Source of the DNA: Selaginella moellendorffii
Lineage: Eukaryota > Plantae > Lycopodiophyta
Assembly: GCF_000143415.4 (NCBI RefSeq)
Contig: NW_003314357.1
Coordinates: 190,967 to 254,966 of the forward strand
Direction: 5' to 3'
DNA length: 64,000 nucleotides
Shown one piece after another: positions 1 to 13,600 of the stretch. The notes under the pieces were generated by a model. That model saw nothing but the letters and a program-made list of their open reading frames with translations. It was not told the DNA's origin and made no database searches. The position numbers were made by a program, and so were the translations under genes. Numbering within the stretch: position 1 is the first letter of the stretch; each line of letters starts with the position of its first letter.

Positions 1-2279
1 CAATGTTGAGCCTCCAAAGCTATTTCCAGCTTGCAGCAAAATGCTATGATTGAGATGAAACTCACAAATACTCACTCACTAACACAAGTGAAGCACCAAT
101 TATATTTTCTTGTTTCAATCAATGACCAAACTTAGATCTTCTTGCTTGGGAAATATTTCATAACAATATATACAAAAACATATATTGATTGATTAAATGC
201 AGTATAATATATGAAACTTTACTCAGCATAACACTTTTCTTAAACATATATATTTTGATTGAAATTACTTGATCTTAATAATTATTTTCTAAGAGTCTTT
301 TTAACTATTTTTCTTGAAAGTGCATCAAACATTTAGTGTCCCTTAAGAACCAATAACATTATACCCACTAGAAACTAGGTGGGGGTATCTTTATGGTGCT
401 CATGTCTTTTAGCATTTACCATAGAGAATGAAGATTAGCTCTACTACATGATGCAAATATAAAGTACTTAAACTTAAGATGAAGAAGTGGTTCATATTTA
501 AATCTTGAATTTTTATCTTATTGAAGAATACTCATCTATCATAACCTAAACTTTTTATTTCCAAAAATTAAAGCATTTTTTATTTGGATAATTTCATCAT
601 CAAATGTCCATTATATAAAGAAAAGGATTTCCACTTTGATTACTTTTAAAGAAATTAATACCTTTTATAGAAGCTATATTTAATCCAAAGTCATTAGGTA
701 GTACTGAAAAAGTCATAGTCAATCCTTATATCTAAAAATACAACTCAAATCTCTGCACAAATGTACATCCAATTATGATCTAATACTGTAAATAAGAATA
801 AATATTTCCAAACTTATTGGTAGAATAATATCATAGGATATCCATTAAAATTCTTTAGCAAATCCAAATTCAAGCTTAAACTACCTAGTTTACATGCTTC
901 TTAATACCATTATTTTTAAAGCACATCTTTTAATAAAATCTTGTAGTAGTGAATGCAAGTTAGTGCTGGCACTATACAAGAGATAAATTGCCATGGACAC
1001 ATATCAAGATTAGAGTTTAGTTAAATTTCATCCTAATCAGTACAATGGTTTTTATTCAAGTATTACTTTAGAGATAAGGAATTTGATACTTTTAAAATAT
1101 GACAAAATGTTTATGATACTTTAAATCACAAAAGGTTTTATTTTATTTTATATAGAGTTTTTATTCCTTTTCATGATATTAAACCTGCAGAAAGAGAGAA
1201 AGATTAGCTGCTAGAATCCTTCAGTTTGTGCTTATGTTTGATAACTGTAGATGGTTTTGGTGTTAGAAAAACGATATGCAATAGATATTAGTTTTAGGAG
1301 GGGATGTGTCAAAGAAGAGTTTGCTGATAGCCAAGTTGTGAGAGCATTTAGTATATACTACTTGTGATGTAACAATTAACACAAGGTGTGAGCTTATTGT
1401 TATGGAAAAAAAATTACAATTTTCCTTTATTGTGCAAGATAAAAATTTAACTTATACTTCCTAATATATAGATATTATATATAAAAAATGCTTCTAATAC
1501 AACTATTTCAATCACAAAAAATCCTTTTCTCTCTTTTTTTATGCCATTTGTCATTAACATGCCCCTAGTTAATCTTGTTGTAGTCATCATCACCATTTAA
1601 ATTGAAGAACATAAAGTTATCTAAATTTTTAATCTTTAGAGAGCATCTTGAAGTAGTTTTTGGTTGATTTTGACAAGAAAATCCATATTTAGCACAAAAA
1701 AGTGTTTAAAAATATCAATAAGATAATTTTTCATAGTTCCATCAAATTATAATATATATCTATCATGGAAATATCATCTCTGAAAACCATTAACCCCCAT
1801 CTATTGGTTTAATAAGATATTATTAAGATAATATGCTTTGATAGAGCTAAAATATTTTGAATTTGTCCTTCAAGTAGCATGGCAAATCAGAAACTAATCC
1901 TCAAATGCAAGGTAAACATGCCTTTGCAAGGCTTTTCAGGGTACAAATTTGAGGCCTGACTCTTTGTACAAACCTTTCAATTAGATCAACACCAGTTTTG
2001 AGCCAATCTCCTCACATTTGATCTAGCTTTCTCTTGTCTTATACTAGTCTTGACGTTCATCTTGCTTCAATAAAACTCTGACAACCTTAAGAGATTTCTG
2101 CTTAATTGTAATGTGGTGCCAAACTCTCCATCCATTGCAGCTTATTTGTCACATTTATGTAGCATGGCACAAGAAAAGCATTAGAATTGAATATGTAGTA
2201 CTTCTCGTTCAGACTAAAGATTAAGCAATGATGGTCAAATCAAATTTGGCACTAGTCAATGATAGTCAACAGTTTTTAG

Positions 2280-3745
2280 GTCACGGAGACGGAGGAGGCT
2301 AAAGGCAAGGCGGGCGATTTCGCCCAGGCTCTAGATCACTACAAGCAGGCGATCGGTGGCGGATCCAGCGAGAGCGGATGATCTGGCGGCCTTGCATAGC
2401 AACTGCTCGTTTGCACACCTCAAGCTGGGGCAACTGATCGAGGTATTGAAACGATCAATCATAACTTTAAATGCGATCATCTGCAATCCAACTAGCCCTT
2501 GGATGTGCATGCAAACAGCAAATGGAGCAAAGTAAGCGGCTTTTTGAATCCTTGGAGAAAATGTGATGAAAGTTTTTTTTTCTTTCCTCTTTACATGTAG
2601 GCTCACTTTCGATGCGGGGAAGTTTACTTTGCGATGCGGGATTACGGTCGTGCGGAGAAAGCATATGCACAAGCAGCTCAACTGGTACGATCTCGCTCTC
2701 TTTTCCTTGTTGCTGTCGAGTTTTTCGTTTTATCTTTATCTGTGTAGCTTGCAGTCTCCAGCAGATGAAACCATCGGTAGAAACTCCGCCTCACGCGTGA
2801 AGCTGTAAATGGGAACTTCTACTTTCGACAGGTATGATTTTTCGTTGGAGTTTACTTCTTTTGACTGATGCAAGACCACTTTTTTTCTAGCTTCTAGCGG
2901 GAAGAGATTTCTGTCTAAACCCCGGGAATATAATAGAAACGCAGGTGAGTGAGGCTTATTTTTTGCTGCTCAAAGTATAGCTCGCCACAATGAGATGTTT
3001 ACTTCAGATTTTCAACGCTGGAGCTCAGATGCAAAACTACGTCTATTTGGTTGGCGATGCGAAAACTCGCGAGGCTGTGGTGGTCGATCCGGCATGGGAC
3101 GTCAAAGTAAGTCCTTACATGCGTGGAAAAAATATTTTTTTATTGGAGTTCCACTAGGGAATCAAAGCCTTCGCAGATGCGGAACACATAAAACTTGTAA
3201 GTGAATTTTATTTTGGGAGATTATTCTAAAAGAACTTCTTTCTCTCGCTAAAGGTCGGTGCTGTAGCTACTCATTATCACTTTGATCATACTGGAGGCCC
3301 CCCTCCGCCTCCTTTCGATCGACTTATGATCAAGCTGCCGGGAGTGCGTCAACTGGCAGTCGAAGATAATCTGCCGGTACAGCCATTGTATTTCTTGTGT
3401 TGGTTCTAACTTTTCCTTTTCCATTTTCTTGTGTCTTATAGATTTATGTCAACAAGCATGACGCTGGAACAATCAAGACCAAGAACGAGGTGCCCGGGCA
3501 GTCTATAGTCGAGTTGGATGTAAGTGGTGATCGTCGTGCTTTGAGTGTCTATTTCCAATTCTTTTCAGGATTTGAGCACTGTGGTGGGAAGCTTGAAACT
3601 GGAGTTCACACAACACACCGGGTCGCACTCCGAGAAGCCAGTGCATTCGTATCAACCGGTGCGTGTCACTCACCTCTTCCTTCTCCGGTTTTGATAAAAC
3701 AATGCTGTCCAGAGCTCCGGCTGAGGACGTTCTTCTTTCCCTTCC
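2280..3745 (+). pseudogene. Multi-exon TPR + metallo-beta-lactamase-fold (glyoxalase II-like) fusion pseudogene
   Basis: Manual splicing across ~10 GT-AG introns of 50-70 bp (exons ~2280-2442, 2496-2531, 2601-2684, 2755-2831, 2891-2944, 3008-3106, 3158-3196, 3254-3376, 3442-3519, 3569-3658, 3713-3740). This gives TPR helices (KAGDFAQALDHYKQAI..AALHSNCSFAHLKLG; AHFRCGEVYFAMRDYGRAEKAYAQA), then FYFRQLLAGRDF..QMQNYVYLVGDAKTREAVVVDPAWD..THYHFDHTGG (THxHxDH) and a damaged HTPGHTPGSQC (reads TPGRTPRSQC). At least 3 frameshifts; the 3' end is missing. Confidence 0.85.
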
Positions 3746-3824
3746 ATCACCACGCTCGTCTCTCCATTGCCAGACAACAAAGATAACACTTTTAGCCATC
3801 CAAGTAGTAGAAAGGAAAAAAAAC

Positions 3825-3826
<2 letters not shown>

Positions 3827-3864
<38 letters not shown>
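3827..3864. repeat. (GA)n microsatellite
   Basis: Perfect GA dinucleotide run. Confidence 0.95.
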
Positions 3865-3866
<2 letters not shown>

Positions 3867-4192
3867 CAGCTGCAGCGCTTCCACGGCCCTGCTACACGCA
3901 GTCACTGGCAGACAAAGGATATCAATTCTCCAGTTCTCGCCCAAAACATTGCCGTGACATTTACACTGTAGGAGCATCTTCTTGAGGAGGAGCAAGCACA
4001 ATGGATCATCAACCACAACCAGCACGCGAATTCCTATAGTAACGTTGTAGAGTCACACGTAGTGAATATTCTGGGGATATCCTTGTCCGGGGTATATTCT
4101 GCTTGACAAACGCCCGAGGTGACAATTTGTCAACGGTGTTCTTACGGCAAGTTGACGATGCATGGGATTCCAGTGAAAGAGTGGGAGTTTAA

Positions 4193-4216
4193 ACACACAC
4201 ACACACACACACACAC
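4193..4216. repeat. (AC)n microsatellite
   Basis: Perfect AC dinucleotide run. Confidence 0.95.
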
Positions 4217-4699
4217 GAAGAGAAGTTTCTTTCTCTTCTTTAATAGGTGAAGATCTACTCCCACTCTCAGCCATCTTCCATTCTCATCCTGTACGGAAGA
4301 CATGCACAAGTTATATAGAACTTGTTCTTCCAAGTACAAGAACAAGAATGTTCTCTCTGTCTTGTACGGAAGACACTGTGACAATAAGATTGTGTGGCCC
4401 ATTCATTGTCTTGTTGTACATAGTTCTTTACTTTATCTTTAGAACTTCTCTCGCGATCAATCACCAAAACTTTAGGAAACTTTAGATCTTGAGGTTCTGC
4501 TCTCGTCCATAGATGGTAGCCATGAGGACGTACAGCAAAGTGCTCTTGCTGTCCACCTCCATGATCTTCCCAAATGTGAGTTTCACTATTAGGCACCAGC
4601 TTTGACCACGTGGTCAACGTCGGTCAAAAGGAGACTTAAGGGTATATAAAGCATGTTAGGGAGGTGTAATATAGTTTAGAAAGACTAAATTTTTGTCTT

Positions 4700-5858
4700 T
4701 TTGGTGAACATTAGTATCAGAAAAGTTGGTTCCAATGGTTGACCAAGTTGAACACTCGAATTTTATTGTCAATGGTAGTGTTAATGATGGTGCCAATGAA
4801 GCAATGGAGGTTTAAGTGGCAAGCCCTTAATAAAAATCAACAAAAGATGCAAGACAAGATGCATAGCATGATAGATATTATGCATAAGTATGTTGAGGCA
4901 CTTGAAGCTGGATGTGATAGCACTCAAAATAACCTTTTTTTAGTAAATCAACTCAAGATTTCAACTTTTTTTTATAATGGTGGTATGGATGAGTGTCTAG
5001 TTTGGCTAGCCAATGTGAATAAGTTCTTGGCTACTAAAGGAACTCTAGATGTAGAGGCTTTAATGGCTATTTCAATGGCTTTGTGTGATATGGGTTTTCA
5101 ATGGTGGAATTGGTTTGAGGAGTTTCATATTATGGATAAGAAACCATCAATATCTACCATGGATGAGTTTGAGGTTACTTTTTATTTAGGTTTTTCTCCT
5201 CACTATAACGTGGAGAATGCTTATATAAAATTTCAACATTTCTAGCAAAGGAAAATGATGTTTAGGGACTATATTGAGAAGCTTACTGGTTTGATTAGTT
5301 ATGTTCCCATGAAAGATCCAAATCAAAACAATCCTACTTTATTGATGGCCTTCATAGTGAGAGCATACAACAACACTTGCATCATTATCAGCTTACAAAG
5401 AGTTTGAAAGAGCTCTTTGATATGGCTCGTTAACTTGACAATAACAAATACAAGTCTCATAAGTGTTTGAGGAGTCCTTTTATCGAGAATCGTTACGATG
5501 ATTGCCATAAATACAAGGATGGGAACAAACATCACAAGCTGAAGTCTATGGTGGCTACTTTGGATGCAAAGGGGTCAAAGAAGCAAAAGTTCTTTGTATC
5601 TTCTACTGACAGTAAGTTAAATACTAAAAAATTGCAAACTTTGTAATATAAGGATGATGGGGATGACCATTTTGGTTGGAGAAAGAGGCTTTAGATCATT
5701 GCTCATCAACTTAACTGTGTGTGGAATAAGAAGGAGCTCGAAGACACTCATACATTAGCTTTAATGCTGGAGGGCATGTTTTGTGGCAATCCAATGTGGA
5801 TTTTATTAGATAGTGGAAACAATGGCAACTTTGTTATGGCAAAGTTTGTTGAGAAGAA
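4700..5858 (+). mobile_element. Degenerate Ty3/gypsy relic (PBS-gag-protease), truncated by the downstream element
   Basis: ..gaaca|ttagtatcaga resembles an LTR end plus a decayed tRNA-Met PBS (tggtatcaga). ORF 4739-5245 is gag-like (ECLVWLANVNKFL..FQWW). ORF 5719-5919 carries the aspartic protease motif ILLDSGNNGNFV. Stop codons lie between them. Confidence 0.7.
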
Positions 5859-8800
5859 TGTGTCCAATCCCAAGACCGACACCCCAAGGTACCATCGACA
5901 TACCAGCCCGTTACACTAAGGTCATGCCCATTCACCTTGGTACCACCAGTGGTCCAACACCACTTGCATCGCAATCCCGTCTCTCCACGACTGGGCCATC
6001 CGTCTAAGAGTGACTATCCAAGATCCACTCCTTAGCATCCTTAAGATGCCTGCAGACAAGAGGAACCACCTTCCCCAATATCCCTTTTACAGTCCCCACC
6101 AAGTCCCTTTTCTGCCCATGGCCGAGTTTGCCTACTCTGCCACTGGGACAAGGCTTGCAAGCCCGACCACTAAGTCCTACTGTCCTCTAGGACTTTCTCA
6201 CCACATGACCGTATCCTTGGTCACCATACTAGAGGATTGCTCCGCTTCCATTCTACAATCTAGGACTTTGGGACAACATTTCGGAACACCGTCGCCTTAT
6301 GCGAGCCTCGTGGGTACTCTCTCCACTTTCCGCCTTTGGGTGCACCCACACTTGGACTGGGAGCATCGACCATTCGATCTCCCAGGGGAACCACTTCACC
6401 AAGCTACCCTGCTTGATAGTTTGTATTCACTCTAGCCTTAGACCTCCCAGTGGTTATCCCATCACCTAACACTTGGGTATAACTTTCCTGCGCCAAATTG
6501 GCCTTTCCTAGCCAAACTGGCTCCACTGGAGTCCTCCCCCTTACTATACTTTTGGAGCTCACCAAACCCCCTAGGGTCTGGGAGACAAACGCTTTGGGCT
6601 TTCACCCTCTTAGACTCGAACTCAGACTTGAACTTGGACTCAAACTCAGATTTGGACTCAGACTCAGGCTCGGTCTTGGCCTCGGCCTCGGTCTTGGTCC
6701 CGGTCTCGGTCCCGGTCTCGGTCTTGATCTTGGTCCCGGTCTCAGTCTCAGTCTCGGTCCTGGTCTCGGTCTCGGTCTTGACTTCGAACTCCATCTGGGG
6801 TCCTTCTCGGACTCCATCTCAAACTCCATCTCGGGTCCATCTCGGACTCCATCTCAGACTCCATCTCAGGTCCATCTCGGTCCATCTCGGACTCCATCTC
6901 GGGTACATCTCAGACTCCATCTCGGACTCCATCTCGGGTCCATCTCAGACTCCATTTCGAAGTCCATCTCGTGTCCTTTTTCTAGAGACTCTCTTATGGC
7001 TCGCTTCATGCTTGTATCTTAAGCACTCCATTGGGAGTTTCACTCCCGCTCTCAACCTTTCAAGTTGAAGCTTTTAGTCAAAATGTGTTACGCTCGTTTG
7101 GCTTTCGCTTCGCCCACTACCACATAGCACCCTTTCGGCTCCACTTTGGGGCTTAGGGATTTGTGTCTCACAACTCCACCACCCATAGATGAAGTTTGAT
7201 GTCCTCATCAAACAATAAACTATTTTATCAAGTAATATTGGCATGTATTACTTTTTCCATCCTTAGCACCTAGCCCATATTTGTCAATGGTTTGACACCG
7301 AAGGCTCACCATGCCTTATTCAACCTTTAAGGAGCATAGTATCTCTAACATAGAGACTCATTTGATCACCTTAGGTGGTTCTCTCCCTTTTATTGGTTTA
7401 GCTCTTGCTAAACCCATTAGAGACACCTTCTTTAGCTCAATTTGCACTACTCATTCTCAAGTAGTCTCAACTTCTATTGATATAACCGGTTTATTTTGGA
7501 ACTTTTAATTTTGACTTCTTGAAGTCAATTTCCTTGGTGTCTCTGATAGCTTTCATTGCACATATTGTGCAACTTCACTTCCCCATCTTAGGAAGTTCTC
7601 CACTTAAGGGCACCATCATCCTCCTTTTTATTTTGTGCTACCTTTGGCACTAAGTTTCAGTTATCGTAAGTTGTGCTAGAGCTGTCTATAGCCCTATAAT
7701 TTGGCTACTTTGCCACTCCCTCCTTTGGAGCTTTCACCTTTGCCAACTTGGAGCATTCGGGAATCCATCCTTGGAAGCACACTTCCTTTTTCACAATCTG
7801 TTAGCATCTAATATCTTAGTGTTCCATGTCTAACTTTGCCATTTGGATTCCTTCTAATGAACTCTATGGCCCACACTTGGCCAATAGTCTTTTGCTTTTA
7901 TCTGTTGATTGTTGCATTGAGTAATATAGAATCACTAATTCCATTCTCGAGGTATCCTTTTGGTTTTATGGCAAAGGCTCTACTTTGCTAAGTCCAGAGG
8001 GTGCTCACCCCTAGTAGATCTTTTTAACATTTTCTGCTATGAGCTTCGTCCACGGCCCAACTTTGCGACCCTCCCATGGGTCCTTCGTAGAGACTATTTT
8101 GTTGGACTTATTATACCATCGTATCGGCACGACTAATTTCCCTTTAGGTGTCCTTCCCACTTGGTCATCTTGACCAAGCCACACCATTATCAATAGTTCA
8201 AATCATCATCTTGAACTAAGAATTATATTCCCAAGATCACTTAGTGATCTTGTATATTGCCAAGATCACTTAGTGATCTCATCTTGACCCCTTAACAAGT
8301 CTACCAATAGGAACTAAGTCTTCCAGACCCTTTTAAATTGTTGACTATGACCCCAGGGGCATCTCCCACACTTGGCAGTGCACCCAAGCCAGCCCTTCTG
8401 GCTAAGGATCTATAGCAATTGAGACTGGGTGTCCCCATCTCATTCACCACATCCTTGGTGCCCTTTGCACCAAGGTGTTTAAGTTAGATATGCCAAACTT
8501 TCACTCTAAACAATCTAACCATGCATCATGACTCTGGAGCATCCCCCGCTTGGCGGTGTGCCCAATCCAATCTCCTCACTGAGAGTCCATAACCACTGAA
8601 ATATGAGTGTCTTCATATTCCAAACCATCACCATGCCCTAGTGATTTGGGACTCGAACCCAAGCACTAGAGGGTTGGGACTCGAACCCAACCTCTGTATA
8701 TGCATCTACGGATAGTATCACCCTAGATGTTTTTCGTGACTCCCCACACCGGTGCACTAATTTATATCCAAAGTGTGTTACGGATCATAGCTTAGGAACC

Positions 8801-10699
8801 TAGTCCCTCCAAATTGCCAAGTCCTCTCACTTGATAAGTCTATAATCATACATGGACTCCTTCATGCTTAGCCCTGGGCCACCTGTTTTGAAGTTAGCAC
8901 CTTCAACTAGGGGATTCGTTCCCTTGACTTGCCACTCTTGCTTAGCAAGTCATCCGACCAATGTAACATGGTTTCATGCATAAGTATGAAAGTCCTTGAC
9001 CATCGACTTTCGTTCAAAGTCATCCCTTTGAACACTTGAGAATTACTTTTCCAACCTTGATAGCATTGCCTTATGGAAAGCTTCAAGACCACGTTTTTGT
9101 TGCGCCATTCTGATTTCACACGTTTTATGAACCATTTACACTTGGCTTTTTAGGTACTACGCTACTTAGAATTGTTTTTGGGAACCTTGAAGGAACTCTA
9201 TCCTTTAGTTTGCTAGGGCCTCCCCTTTCGCAAGCTTTCCAATTGCCATATGGTCTAATATGGACAATTCCATACTTTAGACTCTCCATGGCATCATGGT
9301 TGCTAGCAGCAACACACTCGAGCACCCATTTGATTTTCCACTCTCACCTTACTTAACCACCCTAGGTTATGCCCTTCGCTTCCTATGGTTTAGTTCTATC
9401 CCTTTATTACTTGCCTTTTGCCCTCATACGTTTCTTTTGGTTATTCTCCCCTAGACTAGGAGGATAACTTTGCACTTTCTACCCTACCTTAGCAAGTATT
9501 CTTGGGGATGAACCTACTCGATAGCCTGGGGAGTGGTTCCTTAATCCGGATATCCTCACCTTATAATCCCACACACTAGGATTAACGTTGCTACATATGG
9601 GCCTTTATATGCCCATCACTAGCCTTGCCAAAATTCCATTTTTGGATTTGTCCAATTCGGGTAGACAGACTTCTCCCGTCTTTGCAACCTTGGACATTTG
9701 GATAGCACTTTCTATCCATCATTTGCTAGAGATTTAGTCCCTTGGGCCTTATCTATTGCCCTCGCGACATCAAACACCACCTCCTGGTATTCTAGAGTGT
9801 TTGGGTGTCCCAATGATGGCCTCTTTGACAATGAGCATTCCCTTTTACGACATTGATTTATTATATCGGCACATAAGCAATTTATCCCCCCCCCTAAGGG
9901 TATATCTAACTTCCTTATACCATTAAAAAGTCTTGGGTAACTACCTGCTATCAGTTTAACCGATTATTTGCACCTTTTGCTTAGTTGCTTTATAATTGTC
10001 AAGTCCTACAACTCATTGGTAGTGCCTCCACACCTCCATCATTATCTGGGTCACCACACTCCAACTACATGCTTTCCAGCTTAGGCTATGCCATTCCCAT
10101 TTTTATTATGATTCCTTTGGGAAGGGGTTCTCGTGAACCCGCCAACTCACCTTAAGGCATCATGCCTTGGCACATTCGGTATCTCCACACCATCAGCTCC
10201 ACGAGCCTACCTTTATGACACTTCTTACTTGTGTTTAGGTCCTTGCCAAGACCAATATAGTTCTTTCTCATGCCAACTATCTGTTAGCACTGCACTATAG
10301 AGTTTACTCACAACTTTGTGTGAAAGTTATTTTCTTCTGGGGACACTTTCCCCACAACTTTAGTATAGCCCATTCTGCCATCAATGAGATACTCATTGTT
10401 CTCATACTTGGATCCTATGATCTTCCCCAACCTTTGTGGGGCACCATGCACCTCAGTCCAAATGCTTTTAGCAATTTTTTAAGACCATTCCTTGACTCTA
10501 TTTGAGTCATCTAGCATTTTTGAACTTTAAAATCTAATGACCCATAAGGTCCTATTTGAGGTGCTAGCTCACTGAAATACAATTTCCTGTATTCATGTCC
10601 TACTCACAAGGATCATCTTTGCAAGTGTCACTCAAACACTTGATGTTGTTCCCTGGGGCAACCTTTGCCCCTTTGGACTACTTGTCCATGTGAGAATAC
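5858..10699 (-). mobile_element. Non-autonomous/decayed LTR element, family A, copy 1 (truncated LTR 5858-7172, PPT, internal region)
   Basis: Reverse-complement homologue of 10700-15844. LTR boundary tgtgtctcaca at 7172 is adjacent to the PPT (actccaccacccataga). No intact ORFs. Confidence 0.8.
6602..6965. repeat. LTR-internal 6/12-bp minisatellite (ctcggt / ctcggactccat)
   Basis: Tandem imperfect hexamer and dodecamer units. Homologous arrays at 10930-11410, 19835-20120 and 26145-26405. Confidence 0.9.
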
Positions 10700-13600
10700 T
10701 GCGAGACACAAAATCCCTAGGCCCCAAAGTGGAGCTGGAAGGGTGCCACGTGGTAGTGGCCGAAGCGAAAGTCGAACGAGCGTAACACGTTTGGACTAAA
10801 AGCTCTAACTTGATAGGTCGAGAGCGGGAGTGGAACTCCCAACAAAGTGCTCAAGGAATGAGCACGAAGTGAGCAATAAGCGAGGCTCTAAAAAAAGACC
10901 CAAAAAGGACTAACACATGACAAGTGGAAGTGTCCGAGATGGACCCAAGATGGAGTCCGAGATGGAGTCCGAGGTGGACCCGAGGTGGAGTCCGAGAAGG
11001 ACCCGAGATGGAGTCTAGGATGGACCCGAGATGGAGTTCGAGATGGACCCGAGATAGAGTCCAAGATGGAGTCCAAGATGGACCCGAGACGGAGTCCGAG
11101 ATGGACCCGAGATGGAGTCCGAGATGGACCGAGACGGAGTCTGAGATGGAGTCCGAGATGGAGTCTGAGAAGGACCCCGAGATGGAGTCTGAGAAGGACC
11201 CGAGATGGAGTTCGAGGTCGAGATTGAGACCGGGACTGAGACCGGGACCGAGACTGAGACCAAGACCGGAGACCGGGACCGGGACCGAGACCGAGGCCAA
11301 GGCCGAGACCGAGCCCGAGCCCGAGTCCGAGTCCAAGTCCAAGTCCAAGTCCAAGTTCGAGTTCGAGTCCGAGACCAAGTCCGAGTCCGAGACCTAGTCT
11401 GAGTTCGAGTCTGAGAGGGTGAAAGCCCAAAGCGTTCGTCTCCCAAACCCTAGGGGGTTTGGTGAGCTCCAAAAGTATAGTAAGGGGGAGGATTCCAGTG
11501 GAGCTAGTTTGGCTAGGGAAGGCCAGTTTGGCCCAGGAAGGCTGTGCCCAGGTGTTGGGTGACGGGATAACCACTGGGAGGTCCAAGGCTAGAGTGAATA
11601 CGGACCGACAAGTGGGGTAGCATGGTGAAGTGTTCAAGAGTCGGCTCTAGTTCCCCCGGGAGATCGACTGGCCAATGCTCCCAATCCAAGTGTGGGTGGC
11701 ACTACCTACTTGGATACCTGGTGTGGCTCAACGGAACTTCACTCTAAGCCCATGGCTAGAGCACCTAAAGGCAGAAGGTGGGGAGAGTACCCATGGGGCT
11801 CACGTAGGGCCACGGTGTTCCGAAATGTTGTCCCGAAGTCCCAAAAGGGGGAAAGGAGGAGGAGTAGTCCTCTAGTGTAGTGACTACGGATATGGTCACA
11901 TGGTGAGGAAGTCCCAGAGGATAATGGGACTTAGTGGCCAGGCCTATGGGCCTTGATCTAGTGGCAATGTTGGTGAACATGGCCATAGACGGAAAAGGGA
12001 CTTGGTAGGAACTGACAAAGGGATATTGGGGAAGGCTATTCCCCATGTCTGTGGGCATCCTAAAGATGCTAAGGAGTGAATCTGGGGTGACCACTCATGG
12101 ACGGATGGCTCACTCTTGGAAAGATGCGATTGTGATGCAAGTGGTATTGGACCACCAGTGCAGCAAAGGTGAATGAGCATGGCCTTAGCGTAATGGGCCG
12201 ATATGTCAATGGCACTTTTGGGTGTCGGTCTTGGGACCGGACACGTGGAGCACTTGGACCAAGTGCAAGGGATGAGTGGCATGGATGCCCTTCTCGGGGC
12301 TAGCAAGTCCCAAGTCTGGAATTGGACTTAAGGAGGTTGTGATTGAGACTCCTCCAAGTGGTCGGAGGTGTGATTAAGTGACTAAAAGTAGAATGGAAAA
12401 TTTAGTCGCTTACAACTTGGTATCGGAGCTGTTCCTTAGTTTGACTTTTATTGGTGCTCAAGTATATCACTATTGATGTTGGCATCGGAAGGTCCTAGGA
12501 GTGGGCCTATCCTTGAAGAGTAGCATGTCGAGAGAACATGGCTCTCCACTCAAGTTCATGCGTGAACTTGGGCGCGATATGGTGGATAGAAAAGAGCTAG
12601 TAAGGGAACGGCTTTGGGATCTTGGGAACAGTACAAGGGTTTCCTCGGAGAGTTGAGGATGTGATCTAGATGAGCGTTTGACTTAGCAAACTAGCTGATA
12701 TGGTTGTGGTAAACAACTACAGTTGGGATCACAGGAAAGATGTAGACTCCAAAACAATAAAGGAGTCATAAGATTACCCTTATATAGTTGAGGCTGGTAC
12801 TCATAAATTTGAGACCAAAATTGTTGACTATGGGAGGTTAAATACAAAAGAGGACACCAATCCTTGAAATGGTAGCTGGGGCTACCTTTAATAAATGCTG
12901 GAACAACCCAAGGAGTTGGGGGTGTACTTAAAGATGAGTTGCTATTCTCATCACATGGATAAGTAGTCCTAAGGGGCAAAGGTTAGCCCCAAGGAAATCA
13001 TCAAGTGTCGGAGTAACACTTGCAAAGATTGTCCTTGTGAGTAGGACATGAATACAAGAAGTTGTATTCCAGCGAGTTGGCACCTCGAAGACTAAGACTT
13101 CACAGGTTGTTGGATTAGCAAAGTCCAAAATGCTGGATGACTCAAGTGGAGTCAGGGAATAGTCCTAAAGGATTGGTTGAAGCATTTGGACTGAGGTGTA
13201 TGGTGCCCTATGAGGTATGGGGAGAATCATAAGATCCAATTATGAGAATAGTAGGTATCTCATTGATGGCAGAATGTGCCATACTAAAATTGTGGAAAAG
13301 ATGTTCCCAAAAGAAAGTAACTTTGGCCCAGATGTAAGCTCCTAAGTTTGGACTTCCTGGGAAGTCACCCAGCTCAGTACTATTCAAACCCAAGGACACT
13401 TAACCCCAAGTATCCCAAGACCCTTAACCGATTGGAAAAGGGGTTGCACTCTTATTCATGAGCCATTTCCCTCTATATTTGAACCCCATGGATCATCTCT
13501 CAAGTCATTCCCTTTGGTTGCTTACACCAGAGTTAGGTGCAAACACTATGGTGCAGTGCTAACGGATAGTTAGCATGAGGAACAACTATATTGGTCTTGG

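Noticed and set aside
1-2270. AT-rich stretch (also 36300-37840, 42875-45035 and 50560-51100)
   Set aside because: No ORFs, termini or periodicity that I could support.
4602-4617. Perfect 16-bp palindrome ttgaccacgtggtcaa containing a G-box
   Set aside because: Single occurrence in a probable decayed LTR; no support for function.
6462-7068. Long low-complexity ORFs (LGLGLG, SESESE, RPRPRP) here and at 10851-11637, 19711-20174 and 25985-26460
   Set aside because: By-products of stop-free 6/12-bp LTR minisatellites; open in several frames at once.
10930-11410. Regular repeats as a possible CRISPR array
   Set aside because: No unique spacers and no cas genes; eukaryotic LTR context.
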